A stretch of DNA of 64,000 bases from Octopus bimaculoides (GCF_001194135.2 NC_068987.1:105466830-105530829); one strand, 5' to 3'. Numbered from the stretch's first letter, positions 1 to 12,304 are shown. Program-made: numbers and translations. Notes: generated from the letters alone by a model not told the origin.

Positions 1-378
1 TATATATATATATATATATATGCATATGTATGTATATACACACATACACATATGTCTAAAGATACACATACATGCATATGTGTGTGTGTGTATGTATGTA
101 TTTATGTATGTATGTATATTTATACAAACACACAATCACATGTATGTATGTGTATGTATTAATCGTCTGCTTTATCAAGATGGCTGCCCCTATTCATTTT
201 CACGTCAATTTCGAGCGGGAATATTGACGTTGCTGAACTGGAAAACACCATTTTTATTAATCTGAGTTAAGTTGTATATAGGTGGGGTTACGCACCTATA
301 ACCCGGTTTGATCGCAAGAGGGACTTCCTCATTTCACATACACACACACACGCATACACACACATACACACACACGCA

Positions 379-413
<35 letters not shown>

Positions 414-1226
414 CACACACATGCCCAAGCAGACACTAACCCACTCAAACGCACACATGAATTTATGTTCGCGTAGATATAATACCAGAGTGGAGATATT
501 CTATTACGTATCTTTTATATCTATGTTAATATATNNNNNNNNNNNNNNNNNNNNNNNNNNNNNNNNNNNNNNNNNNNNNNNNNNNNNNNNNNNNNNNNNN
601 NNNNNNNNNNNNNNNNNNNNNNNNNNNNNNNNNNNNNNNNNNNNNNNNNNNNNNNNNNNNNNNNNNNNNNNNNNNNNNNNNNNNNNNNNNNNNNNNNNNN
701 NNNNNNNNNNNNNNNNNNNNNNNNNNNNNNNNNNNNNNNNNNNNNNNNNNNNNNNNNNNNNNNNNNNNNNNNNNNNNNNNNNNNNNNNNNNNNNNNNNNN
801 NNNNNNNNNNNNNNNNNNNNNNNNNNNNNNNNNNNNNNNNNNNNNNNNNNNNNNNNNNNNNNNNNNNNNNNNNNNNNNNNNNNNNNNNNNNNNNNNNNNN
901 NNNNNNNNNNNNNNNNNNNNNNNNNNNNNNNNNNNNNNNNNNNNNNNNNNNNNNNNNNNNNNNNNNNNNNNNNNNNNNNNNNNNNNNNNNNNNNNNNNNN
1001 NNNNNNNNNNNNNNNNNNNNNNNNNNNNNNNNNNNNNNNNNNNNNNNNNNNNNNNNNNNNNNNNNNNNNNNNNNNNNNNNNNNNNNNNNNNNNNNNNNNN
1101 NNNNNNNNNNNNNNNNNNNNNNNNNNNNNNNNNNNNNNNNNNNNNNNNNNNNNNNNNNNNNATATATACATACATACATTCACATGCATTCAGATATTAA
1201 TAGAAAAATTAATCATACATACACTG

Positions 1227-1276
<50 letters not shown>

Positions 1277-1874
1277 GTCTGTCTATTTTTATATAATTTC
1301 TGTCTACTAATCTCCGTAGAATTTTGCCAAGACATGCCTACTTGTATACAGATACATATACTCATGCAAGCATACAAATATAGTTACATCCATAAATACA
1401 TATATCTGCATGCATATATAGGAACAATCGCGGTATTATAAAAACATATAAGTTATAGTAATGTGGAGCGCACACTCACTTATAACATGAAAGACTACTG
1501 GTGAAATGTTTCTATCAAAAATTCTGTTAACTGTAGGCATTAAAATATTTTTTATGATTTGATAGAACATTAGTGTGTAGGGTAGTAAAACTCGGTCGTT
1601 CAAGGGAGGTCAACATAATGTTAACGATAATAGAAAACGGAAACATCTATGCCCAACTAATGAGGTATATGCAGACACTGCATCCTGGTTATAACTTTAG
1701 ATTTGTACTTGTATTCATCGGAGTATTTGGCTATGTAACTAAATGCCTCTGAACCAGTCTTGAGAAACGGGGCTTCATAAAACCTGGAAGGACGTAGCTA
1801 ATTACCATATTACTAGTAAGAACTTGAACTGTAAATATACGTAAAACAAATTATGGGTTGGTAGCGTTAAGGAA

Positions 1875-2370
1875 TGTTGTATATAAAAAAAAGGTTATTA
1901 CCAGTTCAGATATACTTCGGGCATATTGGAACCCGTAAGAAAGCTATTCACTGTGTTAGTGTAAATGCACCTAAAATCAGCTCGCAGTGTCACGTACCCA
2001 GACAGAGATGCAAGCATTTCGGAGTGGTTAGCGTTGCCAGCCCGCAATTTGTTTACGATGAGCCGGACATTAGCACTACAGGTCATCGTACGATGACGGG
2101 AATATCATAAGAGAGACAATCTCTTTTATCAGCTCGCAGTGCACTCTGTCCGGTTTCTGGGACCAAAGAGGAAGTAACCACCTCGAAATGCTTGCATCTC
2201 ACAGTCTGGGCAGGTGGCACCGCAAGCTGATTTTAGGTGTACTTACACCATTTGTCTATAGCGAGAAATTTTCTCCATGACAAATCACAGTGAATGGCAT
2301 TTTTTAAAACAGATTCGAAAATGCTCCAAGTATATTTGAACCGGTAACAACCTTGTACATATGTCAAACA
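1875..2370. mobile_element. MITE-like imperfect inverted repeat (foldback)
   Basis: Arm about 1875-2030 is the approximate reverse complement of about 2175-2370 (e.g. AAGGTTATTACCAGTTCAGATATACTT vs AAGTATATTTGAACCGGTAACAACCTT; CACCTAAAATCAGCT vs AGCTGATTTTAGGTG); an insertion of about 35 bp lies in the right arm; no coding capacity. Confidence 0.55.
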
Positions 2371-2759
2371 TTCTAGAAATTCAGCCTATAGACATGTATA
2401 TGGCTACATCCATGATTCAAAACATGCAGATCCACTCATAGTTCAGAATGCTGGTATGTACACAAAAATAAGTGTGCGATACATACAAACATGATTACCA
2501 AGCTGATATTGTCTAATGTCCATTTCTTTGTGTCTGGGTCGGAAAGCGTCTTCTTTCTGAGTGAGAAGTTTTTGAAATAAAACCAAAGCACATACGAGCT
2601 AGTAGATAAGAGATAAATAACTATGTGGAAAAATAGATTGACGAAGGATTGAATTAGGGGGATTAGGCAGATGAATAGATTGCGGTTTATCTATGATTAA
2701 TCTTTCTATTAATGCATGTAAGCATGCAAATGTGTGTGTGTGTGTGTGTGTATGTGTGC

Positions 2760-2805
<46 letters not shown>

Positions 2806-2814
2806 GGGAGAATA

Positions 2815-2909
2815 TACAAAAAATAACAACAGACGAGGACAGGTGGTGTAAATAACAAAAGTATATATTAGTATGACGCTCGGGAATACGGAAAGTCTTT
2901 GACGTTTCG
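2815..2909 (-). mobile_element. Fragment of a putative Penelope-associated repeat with the 3' half of a minimal hammerhead (GAAAC-GTC)
   Basis: The minus strand reads CGAAACGTC-AAAGACTTTCC directly out of the gap at 2910; the 5' half of the core would lie in the N-run. Confidence 0.3.
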
Positions 2910-3065
2910 NNNNNNNNNNNNNNNNNNNNNNNNNNNNNNNNNNNNNNNNNNNNNNNNNNNNNNNNNNNNNNNNNNNNNNNNNNNNNNNNNNNNNNNNNNN
3001 NNNNNNNNNNNNNNNNNNNNNNNNNNNNNNNNNNNNNNNNNNNNNNNNNNNNNNNNNNNNNNNNN

Positions 3066-3212
3066 GACGGGCTTCTTTCAGTTTTCGTCTACCAAATCCA
3101 CTCACAAGGCTTTGGTCGACTCAAGGTCACAGTAGAAGACACTTGCCCAAGGTGCCACGCAGTGGTACTTAACCCAGAACCATGTGGTTGGGAAGCAAGC
3201 TTCTTTAGCCAC
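3066..3212 (-). mobile_element. SINE family A, 5' half (tRNA-like head plus CORE-like segment)
   Basis: Reverse complement of the head seen at 12305, 21355 and 30660; contains CCTTGGGCAAGTGTCTTCTAC. Confidence 0.85.
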
Positions 3213-3549
3213 GCTTATCATATATATTGAAAGAGAAAATTAAGCACAAAGAGGGTTGCCGGCACACAGTATGTGATTGAGAATCGATGAGAGAGTGAGA
3301 GAAATAGCGAGACGAAGAGAGAAACAGAGCGAGCGAGCAAAAGAGGGACGGGGAAAGAGAGAAGAGAGATAAATAGAAAGGTGAATCAATAGATGATAAG
3401 AAAACTAGCTGAGAGATGTGTAACGGCGAAACACGATGTGAGAAGATGACAGAATGAAATAGAGATACCAGGATAGATAGATAAATGGATAGATAACGTA
3501 TTGACAAGCTAGAAAGACAGACAGAAAGACTGATGAAGAGGCTGTAATT

Positions 3550-3890
3550 GTTTAGCCCGAAGTTAATCCTGACTGAGCTGAACTTTGATGAAATGCTTTC
3601 TTGCCACGATCATCTCATCTTGTTATATATCTAGGACGGCAGTTTGTGTCAAAGACAAACAGCAAGTGATCGTAGAAGCGTTCTTGTTATTTAGTCTCAG
3701 GTTAGTTCTAGTAGACCTATGATCAAAGAAAATCCAGCTATGACGATCCCGTTTTTACAGACATAGTTTATCTTGGAGTACATTATACAGTATGTTCTTT
3801 CCGATTTTTAAAGATGGTAGGGCGAAATTTGAGAGAGATCTGACTGCTGTTTGTTGCAGCTTTGATGACCACATAGAAGTTTTCTCATTG
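3550..3890 (+). repeat. Interspersed repeat family D (unclassified): partial copy followed by a fuller copy
   Basis: Motifs GACCTATGATCAAA and ATTTGAGAGAGATCTGACTGCT recur, diverged, at about 18345-18520 (+), 30585-30640 (+) and 53815-54430 (-). Confidence 0.55.
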
Positions 3891-5094
3891 GGTTGATAGC
3901 TACATTGATAGGTATTGTATTGATGACGGCTTTTGAGCTAGAAACACGTATTCCCTGCTTGCTCTTTTATCTCCAAATAATAAGCTTATCCTTTTCCTTT
4001 ATGACATGACAAATTTGGAAAATTCTTGGATCATAAAATTATCTCCCCTTCACATGTGGAGCTCGTCTTAACTGCCATTCGGTAATTATGATATAGTCTC
4101 TAGAAGCAAAGATAATTTTAAGAAATTAATAATATATGTTGTATGGTATTTGAAATACCTGCATTTGCTTCGGTACAAAACTAGGTAAAAAAAACAAAAA
4201 AAAACAAAACAAAAAAAACAGATAAATAAATTGGAAGAACAATAGAGAGGCAGAACGATAAGTAGGTAGGTATGTAGATAGTTGAATATGTAGAACGATT
4301 GATTGGTAGAGAGAACGATTGGTTGGTGAAAATAAGGACAATATGCGAGAGAGTACGTGGAAAAGAATACGGGTATAATTTCGATGGAAAGAAGTAAGAA
4401 TGCATTTTGTATATTGAGTCAACACCAAACCGGAGCTAGTACTTATATTATTATATCGATCGCAAAGAGCTGAGCAAAAAAAAAAAAAAAAAAAAGCAAA
4501 CGCAACTTCAGCTTCATTTGAACTCAGTATATATATATATATATATATATATAAAGGGGCTTAGCTAAATATTATAATGAATTCAGTCCGGGATTCTACC
4601 GATTCTGCCACTCCGCCAGGAAAGCGGCTCAGGATTATTAACATGTACTACAAAGCGTTATCGTACTTGGGCGATATGGAGGAGGAGGAGGAGGAGGAGG
4701 AGGCATTCGATTGATCAGACCACAGTACATAACTGGTATCATTTCACTGGCCCCATTGATATGAAAGATAAAGTTGATCTCAAGATTGAGGTTTGAACTG
4801 AGAACATAAGAGGAATATGAATAAATACAGTATGACTTTTCAGCCACGACATTATCAATTCTGCTTATTTATTCAAAGCATAGTAGAAACTCCTATATGA
4901 ATAATAAGGCAAAGGTCACTGTAGTACTACAAATGGGCGTTTGGTGAGGAAAGTCTTTTGGTTTTGTCTCTTAGTTGAAGCCATTAAACGTCTTTGATAT
5001 AGTCATATAGTCAGAGTTGTTACAATTTCCTGTTCTGCACTCTTTCTTGAAAATCTGTCTTTGTGCATGCTTAAATAGTAATTTATTAATTAAA

Positions 5095-5365
5095 CAAAAG
5101 AAACAAGATAGAAAGATAGAAAGAAAGAAAGGAAGAAAGAAAGAGAGAGAGAGAGAGAGAATGAGGGAGAAGAGAGGGGAAAGCGGTGGAGAGAGAAGGA
5201 GAGAGAGAGAAAGAGAGGGAAAGAAAGAATGAGAAAGTAAGCGAGAGAGGGAGAAAGAAGAAGAGAGATAAGGAAAAAGAGTGGGAGAGAGGGGAAGGAG
5301 GGGGAGGGAGGGAAGAGAGAGGGGTAGAGAGAGGGGTAGAGAGAGAAAGAACGAGTAAGAAAGTA

Positions 5366-5444
<79 letters not shown>

Positions 5445-5462
5445 GAGGGAGAAAGAGAGAAA
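5095..5462. repeat. Polypurine/(GA)n tract
   Basis: Almost pure purine strand including a long perfect (GA)n run. Confidence 0.95.
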
Positions 5463-5679
5463 ATGTCTGTCCGGTGAGAGAGTTGACACAGCACGTTTGC
5501 AATACTTTATATACAGACATTAAAGCTTATAGCTCTGTTAAAGGCAAGTCTGGCGTGTTAATAACAGACATTGTTGCTAGGAATGTTGTGCAAGATAATC
5601 CCAACACCAAGTATTCGGTGTTAATAAAATAATAGTTTCTAATATGAGTACAAATTTTCTGAGAAGGAAGTTGTTGATT

Positions 5680-5960
5680 GAATCGGCTCCTAGTACTTCA
5701 TTTTATCGACCCCAAACAGCTGAAAGGCAAAGTTAACCTCGGTGGAATTTGAATTCAGATCTTAAGAGTCCGGAACAAATAGAACACAGCATTTTTCCGG
5801 ATGCTCTAGCGATGCTGTCAATTTACCATCTAAAATAAAGAAAGCATAGGAGGGGCCTAGTTGAAGTAATTGGCTCCAGCACTTGATTGGCACTTATTTT
5901 ATCGACCCCCGAAAAAATGAGAAACAAAGTCGATCCTTGATCCCGGCGGGATTTGAACTC
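5680..5960 (-). mobile_element. Two decayed SINE family B copies in tandem
   Basis: Twice contains TTTTATCGACCCC...AAAGT(T/C)(A/G)A..C...ATTTGAA, the reverse complement of the family B core. Confidence 0.7.
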
Positions 5961-6798
5961 TGTTGATGTGGTTATCATCGTTGCTGTTGCTGGTCTTGTT
6001 GTTATTACCGCTTTTGGTGTTGGTGCTGCTGCCGTCTTCCATGCAGTTGCTGCCAAAATTTCAACGGGTATGGAAGCATGTGCTCTCTTTTCATTCACCT
6101 TCACAAACTATTTCGCATGTATCACTCGTACCTCCTTGTCTTTTAGGGAGAGCGGGAAATATTGCATCTATTGATTGCATCACCATCCCAGCAGCAGATA
6201 CCTGCTCGCGAGGCCACCCTCACCACTTACTTTGTCGTTGTATTATTCTTGTTATTGCTGCAGCTGTTGTTCATGTGTGTATGCTTTCTCATGAAGCTGG
6301 TAATAGTATGGGATTTTCCTGTTACTTCTTCAATGACTGACTCTTCTAGTGGGCATTAATGGTGCCATAATTGAAACGAGATAAAATTAAACGAAAGGAA
6401 GTACATATGACAATTGTCATCCATTCAAGGCACAAGTCGGCGGCCTTCTCTTTACCCAGTTAAGTAGGAGTCCCAACAAAAATTCACAAGGTGAAAAAAA
6501 AAAAAGAAAAATAATACCAACGAAATCCAACAAAATTCGTGAATCTATACGATGCACGTATTATGCCAAACAACAACGATGACGACATTAACAACAATAA
6601 CACCATTAATAATAATAATAATAATAGTATTAATAATAATAATAATAAAAATAATAAGGTCATACGCTGTTTATCGCGATATAAGATCACCATGTCGCGC
6701 ACATATGGTTGTGATGCATGTGCCTCGTGTGCCCTTACCAGATCGGTAGTCATGATGGGTATATTGTCACTTTGCTGGCATGCTCTGCTCTCTCACTC

Positions 6799-6830
<32 letters not shown>

Positions 6831-6935
6831 TAAATAGCTGGACCCGTGAAAAATTCACGGAAAATATAAAAAATGTAAGCATATGTAAATTGTGTGCTGT
6901 TGCCATGAGAAATGTTTATATATTGTGACAGTTAA

Positions 6936-7149
6936 AAGCGGCGAGCTGGCAGAATCGCTAGCACGCCGGGTGAACTGCTTAGTGGTATTTCGTCTGTCTT
7001 TACGTTCTGAGTTCAAATTCCGCCAAGGTCGACTTTACCTTTCATCCTTTTGGGGTCAATAAATTAAGTACCAGTTGCGAACGGGTTTGATCTAATCGAC
7101 TGGTCCCCTCCCCCGAAAACTTTTGGGACTTGTGCTTATAGTAGAAAAG
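6936..7149 (+). mobile_element. SINE family B, full length, tail type 2
   Basis: tRNA-like head GCGAGCTGGCAGAATCGCTAGC...GAGTTCAAATTCC (B-box-like), core GGTCGACTTTACCTTTCATCC, tail CTAATCGACTGGTCCCCTCCCCC...TTGTGCTTATAGTAGAAAAG. Confidence 0.9.
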
Positions 7150-7519
7150 TATATTGCAACAGTTACAGAACACAGAAAGAAGTGTAAAACCGATAACTAT
7201 TTAATCCAACCAAGATATCTCACTTACGCATACGTAAAGAGAATTACTATTTAGCCTTAAAATACATGGTACATATTCAGAGAACCCTCTTGGTATAGTG
7301 GTACGGAACATTTTTCTCCTATTCTTTTATTCTTTTACGTCATCTCTCTCTCTCACTTTCTCTCTCACTCTCTGTGTTTCACGCTCACTTCCTCTCTGTC
7401 CTGGTCTGTAGACACAGCCACATACATTCATATATATATAATACAAATAATATGTGAGTATATGCATATATACATACATGTATGTACATACCTACATCTA
7501 CATGTATATATAGATGCAT

Positions 7520-7715
7520 ATCTGGGTACAGGACGTCACAAAAAGCGTGGACAAAATGAGAAACAGAACATAAACAGAGCACAGAAAACACACAGGCCAC
7601 ATAGAGAACATTTCCTTCATCAGCTGCCACCATTCTAAAGCTAAGCGTTTGGAAGAGTTAGGGCAGGACGCATTGTTAGAATGGCTCTTCCCGCGGAAAC
7701 AAATCAAATTTGTAA
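7520..7715 (-). repeat. Unclassified repeat fragment carrying CTGATGA, immediately upstream of the LINE truncation point
   Basis: Shares AAAC(G)CTTAG...GTGGCAGCTGATGA with 35657-35690. Confidence 0.4.
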
Positions 7716-7744
7716 TGCGGAACGAAGGATCAGTTACTAATCCA

Positions 7745-9549
7745 CCATGTCACAATCGTGGATTATTGAATGCCTTAAACTACTTAAGGTCTTCCACAAT
7801 ATGCTGAAGTTAATACAAAACCCAATGACAACGTGGCGAACTGAACTCACAGCATGGGAAGATAAGCTGGGAGAGGTAAATATCAAAAGAGGAATCTATC
7901 AAAGGGACAGTCTGTCACTTCTATTTGTTGTCTGCATACTACCACCAACGAGCGTTTTAAGAAAGATGCGTGTGGGGTACATGCTAGGCATACTGAAAGT
8001 AAACAACCTGTGGTTTATGGATGACCTAAAGCTATTTGCTAAGACGGAGAAAGAAATTGAGAGTTTGACGGCAACTGTGCAGATGCTTAGCAAAGATATC
8101 GGCATGGAATTTGGGATCGAGAAATGTGGTGTAAGGATTCTCAAAAGGGGGAAAATCAGTAAAAGCCATGGGATCAAGCTGGAAAGTGGTGAAACTATAA
8201 AGGAAGTCGGAGAGGAAGGATATAAGCACCTGGGTATCATTGAAAGAGATAAGATGGATGAACACAAGATGAAGGAAATGTACAAGAAGGAGTATTTGAG
8301 GAGAACTCAGCTTGTGCTCCAATCAAAGCTAAATGGCCGCTAAAAGATTAGAACAATTAATACGTGGGTGGTTGCTTTGATGAGATATAGGGCAGGAATA
8401 GTATCTTGGAAGAAGCATGAATTACAAGAGACAGACCGGAGAACACGTAAATTAATGACAAGGAACAAGGAACTACACCCCAAGAGTGATGTGGCAAGAT
8501 TGTATGTAAAGAGGAAAGAAGGAGGACGGGGATTGGTGTGTTGTGAAAGTTTTGAAAAGGATGAGGAGAATAGCCTGGCTTGGTATGATAAGGGGAGTAG
8601 GGAAGAAATGATTGAATTAGTGAAAATGCAGAGAACCTTAAAAGTGAACAAAACCGTAAATCCAAAACCATTTAAGAAAGACCAGAGAAATCAGACGAAG
8701 AAAATCTGGCAGGAAAAGAAAATGTATGTCAATTCTTGAAGAATAAAGATGAGATTGATTGGAAGAGAGCCTGGCAAAGGCTGCAGAAAGGAGACTTAAA
8801 AGGACCTACTGAGGCATTAGTGTATAGCGCTCAAGAACAAGCTACTCCAAATATCACATTGATAAAAGTACTGACTCCCCACAGTGTAGGATGTGCTCTG
8901 AGAAGGGAGAAAGCATAAGCCATATTGTTAGTGAGTGCTGTAAGCTCGCACAACGCGAATACAAAAGGAGACACGACAATGCGGTCAGATATGTCCACTG
9001 GCTGTTGTGCGGCAAAGCAAACCTCGAGAGAGCCGAACAATGGTATGAACACAAACCAGAGAGAGTAATGGAAAACGAACATTACAAAATACTCCGGGAT
9101 TTTAACATGCAGTGCGACCAAGTTATAGAGGCGAGACGATCAGATATCGTGCTCATCCATGAAAATGAGAAAGAAGTAAAGATAATAGATGTTGCAATAC
9201 CAGGCGATTGGAGGGTGAAATATAAAAAAATAGAAAAGACTGAGAAATGCCAGCCACTGCGGGACGAGATAGGACAGTTATGGGCATGAGGAAAGTAATG
9301 GTGATACCGGTGGTAATTGGAGCATTAGGAGCAGTTTCCAAAGGCTTTGAAAAACATACTAAGAATATTGGAGCTGCTGTCAGGCTCAAGGTGATCCAGA
9401 AAACAGCATTGCTGGGTACAGCTTGCATTCTAAAGAGAGTAATATTTCTTTGAGTCACAGGATAAGGCACTACTTGAAACCTTTGATGATTTGTTATTGC
9501 TTGCTTTCAAATAAAAAATAACCGGTAGTTAAGAACTATTCGAGAGTCT

Positions 9550-9550
<1 letters not shown>
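7745..9550 (+). mobile_element. 5'-truncated, decayed R4/Dong-type non-LTR retrotransposon (RT + CCHC + restriction-like endonuclease)
   Basis: RT motifs RGIYQRDSLS, FMDDLKLF, FGIEKC, YKHLG; RLYVKRKEGGRGL; zinc knuckle CRMC-x8-H-x4-C (8885-8938); RLE segment RRSDIV...IIDVAIP; C-terminal VIPVVIGALG...IQKTALLGTA; in-frame stop at 8341-8343 and frameshifts near 8730, 8845 and 9285; ORF ends TGA 9451-9453, followed by a short 3' UTR and (TAA)n. Confidence 0.9.
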
Positions 9551-9622
<72 letters not shown>

Positions 9623-9643
9623 TCGTGATGATGATAATAATAA
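9551..9643 (+). repeat. (TAA)n microsatellite at the LINE 3' end
   Basis: Perfect TAA run 9551-9620, degenerate to about 9643. Confidence 0.95.
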
Positions 9644-10119
9644 TTTCTTACATAGGCACAAAACAAAAAATATTTTGCGGGTCAATGTTAGTCGATTAGA
9701 TACGGGATTTGAAATAGAAACGTAAAGAGCCAGAACGATACAACAATTTTGATCGATTCTAACAAATATTTCTTACATAGACATAAGGATAGAAATTTTA
9801 AGTGAGAGATTTGTCAATTACTCCGACCTCAGTACTTGGCTGGTACTTTATTGGCCGGTACTTTATTATGAAAGCATAATCGACCTTGCCAAGATTTGAA
9901 TTCAGAATGAATGAAAAGATTAAGAGTATATAGTGGTTTTATATTTTGGCAGAAGGCCAGCAAGGGGGAGGTGGAAGTCGATTATATTGACCCAAATATC
10001 CGAAAGGATGAAAGGTAAAGTCGACCTCGGCGGCGTTTGAACTCAGAACGTAAAGACGGACGAAATGCTGTGAAGTATTTTGTTCGGCGTGCTTATGATT
10101 CTGCTTACTCGTCGCCTTA
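9644..10119 (-). mobile_element. Three decayed or internally deleted SINE family B copies
   Basis: Repeated reverse-strand segments such as GAAAGGATGAAAGGTAAAGTCGACCTCGGCGGCGTTTGAACTCAGAACGTAAAG. Confidence 0.7.
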
Positions 10120-10715
10120 TCAAGAATATTTATTACAACGCATTTTGCTCGACAAGTTAACGATTTTGTTAACCCACCACACACTTTCTGTTCGATGCTA
10201 ATAATAACAGAAGACGAAATATGTGTTTGGGGCGTATATAAATTATAAACACGAAGCAAGGGAAAGAGGGAGAAAGGAAGAGAGGGAGATAGCGAGTGAG
10301 GAGAAGGAGAGGTAGAGGAAGAGAGTGAGTGAGAGAGTGAGTAAGAGAAAGACTGAGAGAGAGAGAGAGAAGAGTGGAGGAGATGAAAGAGTGAAGATAC
10401 GAAAGGAATAATGATGAATTGCAAATGAGAAGACATAAACGAAATTTCAGGTGACAATAGAAGCACGAAACAAATTAATGAATATCTCGAGCCAAACCCA
10501 CACATTGTAGGCAGCATTCTATTCAGTTCTCTATCTATTCTGCCATCCGCCTCTCTTAGCTAACAACAGAACTACCTACCTACTCGTACACTATTGCAAG
10601 TAGGTGAGTACCACAAGTACTTGTACCCATAATTTAAAACCCAGACAAACTCAGCATGATAGAGTGTTTAACAAGGTAGGGTTCTCGACTCCAACTACAG
10701 TTCATCTTGTATTAC

Positions 10716-10912
10716 AAGGCAGCGAGCTGGCAGAATCATTTGTACGCCGGGCAAAATGCTTAGCGGTATTTTTTCCGTCCTTACGTTCTGAGTTCAAATC
10801 TCGCCGAGGTCGACTTAGCATTTCATCCCTTCAGGGCCGATAAAAATAAGTACGAGTTGAGCACTGGGATCCATGCAATCAACTTATCCCCTCCATTGAA
10901 ATTGCTGGCCTT
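10716..10912 (+). mobile_element. SINE family B
   Basis: AAGGCAGCGAGCTGGCAGAATC...GAGTTCAAATCTCGCCGAGGTCGACTTAGCATTTCATCC. Confidence 0.85.
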
Positions 10913-11046
10913 ACAGCATCGTAAATACCTGAGTATGACTTTGCCACTTAATCCTCAGACAGTCCCAACGTGACAATCCTACGCTCTTTGAATCCCAGGT
11001 TTTATCCGCCCAGTTTTTCTTTTTTGTCAAACCAATTTTGGTCATA

Positions 11047-11145
11047 CTGCGATGGACTGGCGTCTCGTCCAGTTAGAGAACACATACGCCATTGAAACCA
11101 GGAAACCGGGCCCATGAGCCTGGCTAGGCTTTAAAAGGGCGCATT
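11047..11145 (+). mobile_element. 3' portion of another SINE (family E) with a V-SINE-like motif
   Basis: CTGCGATGGACTGGCGTCTCGTCCAG resembles, from recall, the CTGCGATGGACTGGCGACCTGTCCAG segment of V-SINEs; single copy in this window. Confidence 0.5.
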
Positions 11146-11169
11146 AAAAACTAAAAATATTTTGGTCAT

Positions 11170-11303
11170 AAGGGAATTTCACCGAGATTAACTTTGCTTT
11201 TCACTTTTCGAGATCGATAAAATAAGTACCAGCTGAACACTGGGTCGATGTAATCGACTTGCTCCCTCCCATTAACTTGCTGGCCTTGTGTCAAAGTTTG
11301 AAA
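11170..11303 (+). mobile_element. SINE family B, 3' half
   Basis: GATCGATAAAATAAGTACCAGCTGAACACTGGGTCGATGTAATCGACTT...GGCCTTGTG. Confidence 0.75.
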
Positions 11304-12304
11304 TTAATTTTGCTCATCGGGCTCCAGTCGAATCGAGGCTGTGGTAGAAGGTATTTTCTCTAAAGGTCTGCACATTGCGATCGAAACCAGGTAAGGTGTC
11401 TCTCGTAACTGTGAAACAAACTTCTCATTCATACGACCATGCAACCATTTATTTACCCACATAGCGGTACAAATATGAATGATTAAATGAATGGAGGAAT
11501 AAATATGAAAATTTATAATGTAAAAAATCCAATTAATAAGAAATATATCATAAATAAATCCAAAGCTACAGAAAGAAAGAATGGGAAAAGCACAAAAAAA
11601 GAAGAAAATAAAATAGAGAGGAAAAGAAAAGCATAAACCAAATGTAAAAATTATAAAAGAAATGAGAATGAAGAAAATGATAAGAAGAACTGAAATACAA
11701 AGATAGAGGTGACTACAGAATGGAAGGAAAAGAAAAGATGAATAACGACAACAATAAGAAAATAAAACGAAGAAACAAATATATGGATATGAGGTATAGA
11801 GCGAGAAATTGAGAACATAATAAGAAAGCTTGAATAAGAAAGTCGATCGACTGAAAGATGAGTTAAATGAGATTTTCATAAAGGTTTTCAGCACAATATA
11901 TCTACGCCTGCGCGCATGAAGCACATACGACCATACGGATATATATTGCATATGTATGTATGTATGTATGGCTGTGAATATCTATGTATGTATGTGCATG
12001 CCTGTAACTATATATATGTCATACATTATATATATGTATACACACACACGCACACTCATATATATTATACCAAATATACATATGAAATATGTATGTATAT
12101 ATGTATGCATGCATTTATATATTTGTACACATACGCACACACACGAGCGCATACATACATTTATTTATTATTTTGTGCGGTCCTGTTTACCTGTGTGATA
12201 TGTGTGTGTGTCTGGGTATGCGTTTGTAATGTTTATATTAATAAAGAAATGGATATCTGCACTTACACACAATCCATGACACTGTATAGGCACGCATATA
12301 TGTA

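Noticed and set aside
421-1200. Long ORFs spanning N-runs (also near 14.5, 16.2, 18.9, 21.2, 25.8, 34.7, 39.6, 53.0 and 62.3 kb)
   Set aside because: Open only because N codons are translated as X; assembly-gap artefacts.
3528-3565. CTGATGAAGAGGCT...AGCCCGAAG hammerhead-like string
   Set aside because: No GAAA/NUH and no helix I; the right part is the start of repeat family D, so the match is likely coincidental.
11304-11951. 215-aa hydrophobic minus-strand ORF
   Set aside because: Reverse complement of an A/G-rich low-complexity tract; F/L/I/S bias with no domain.
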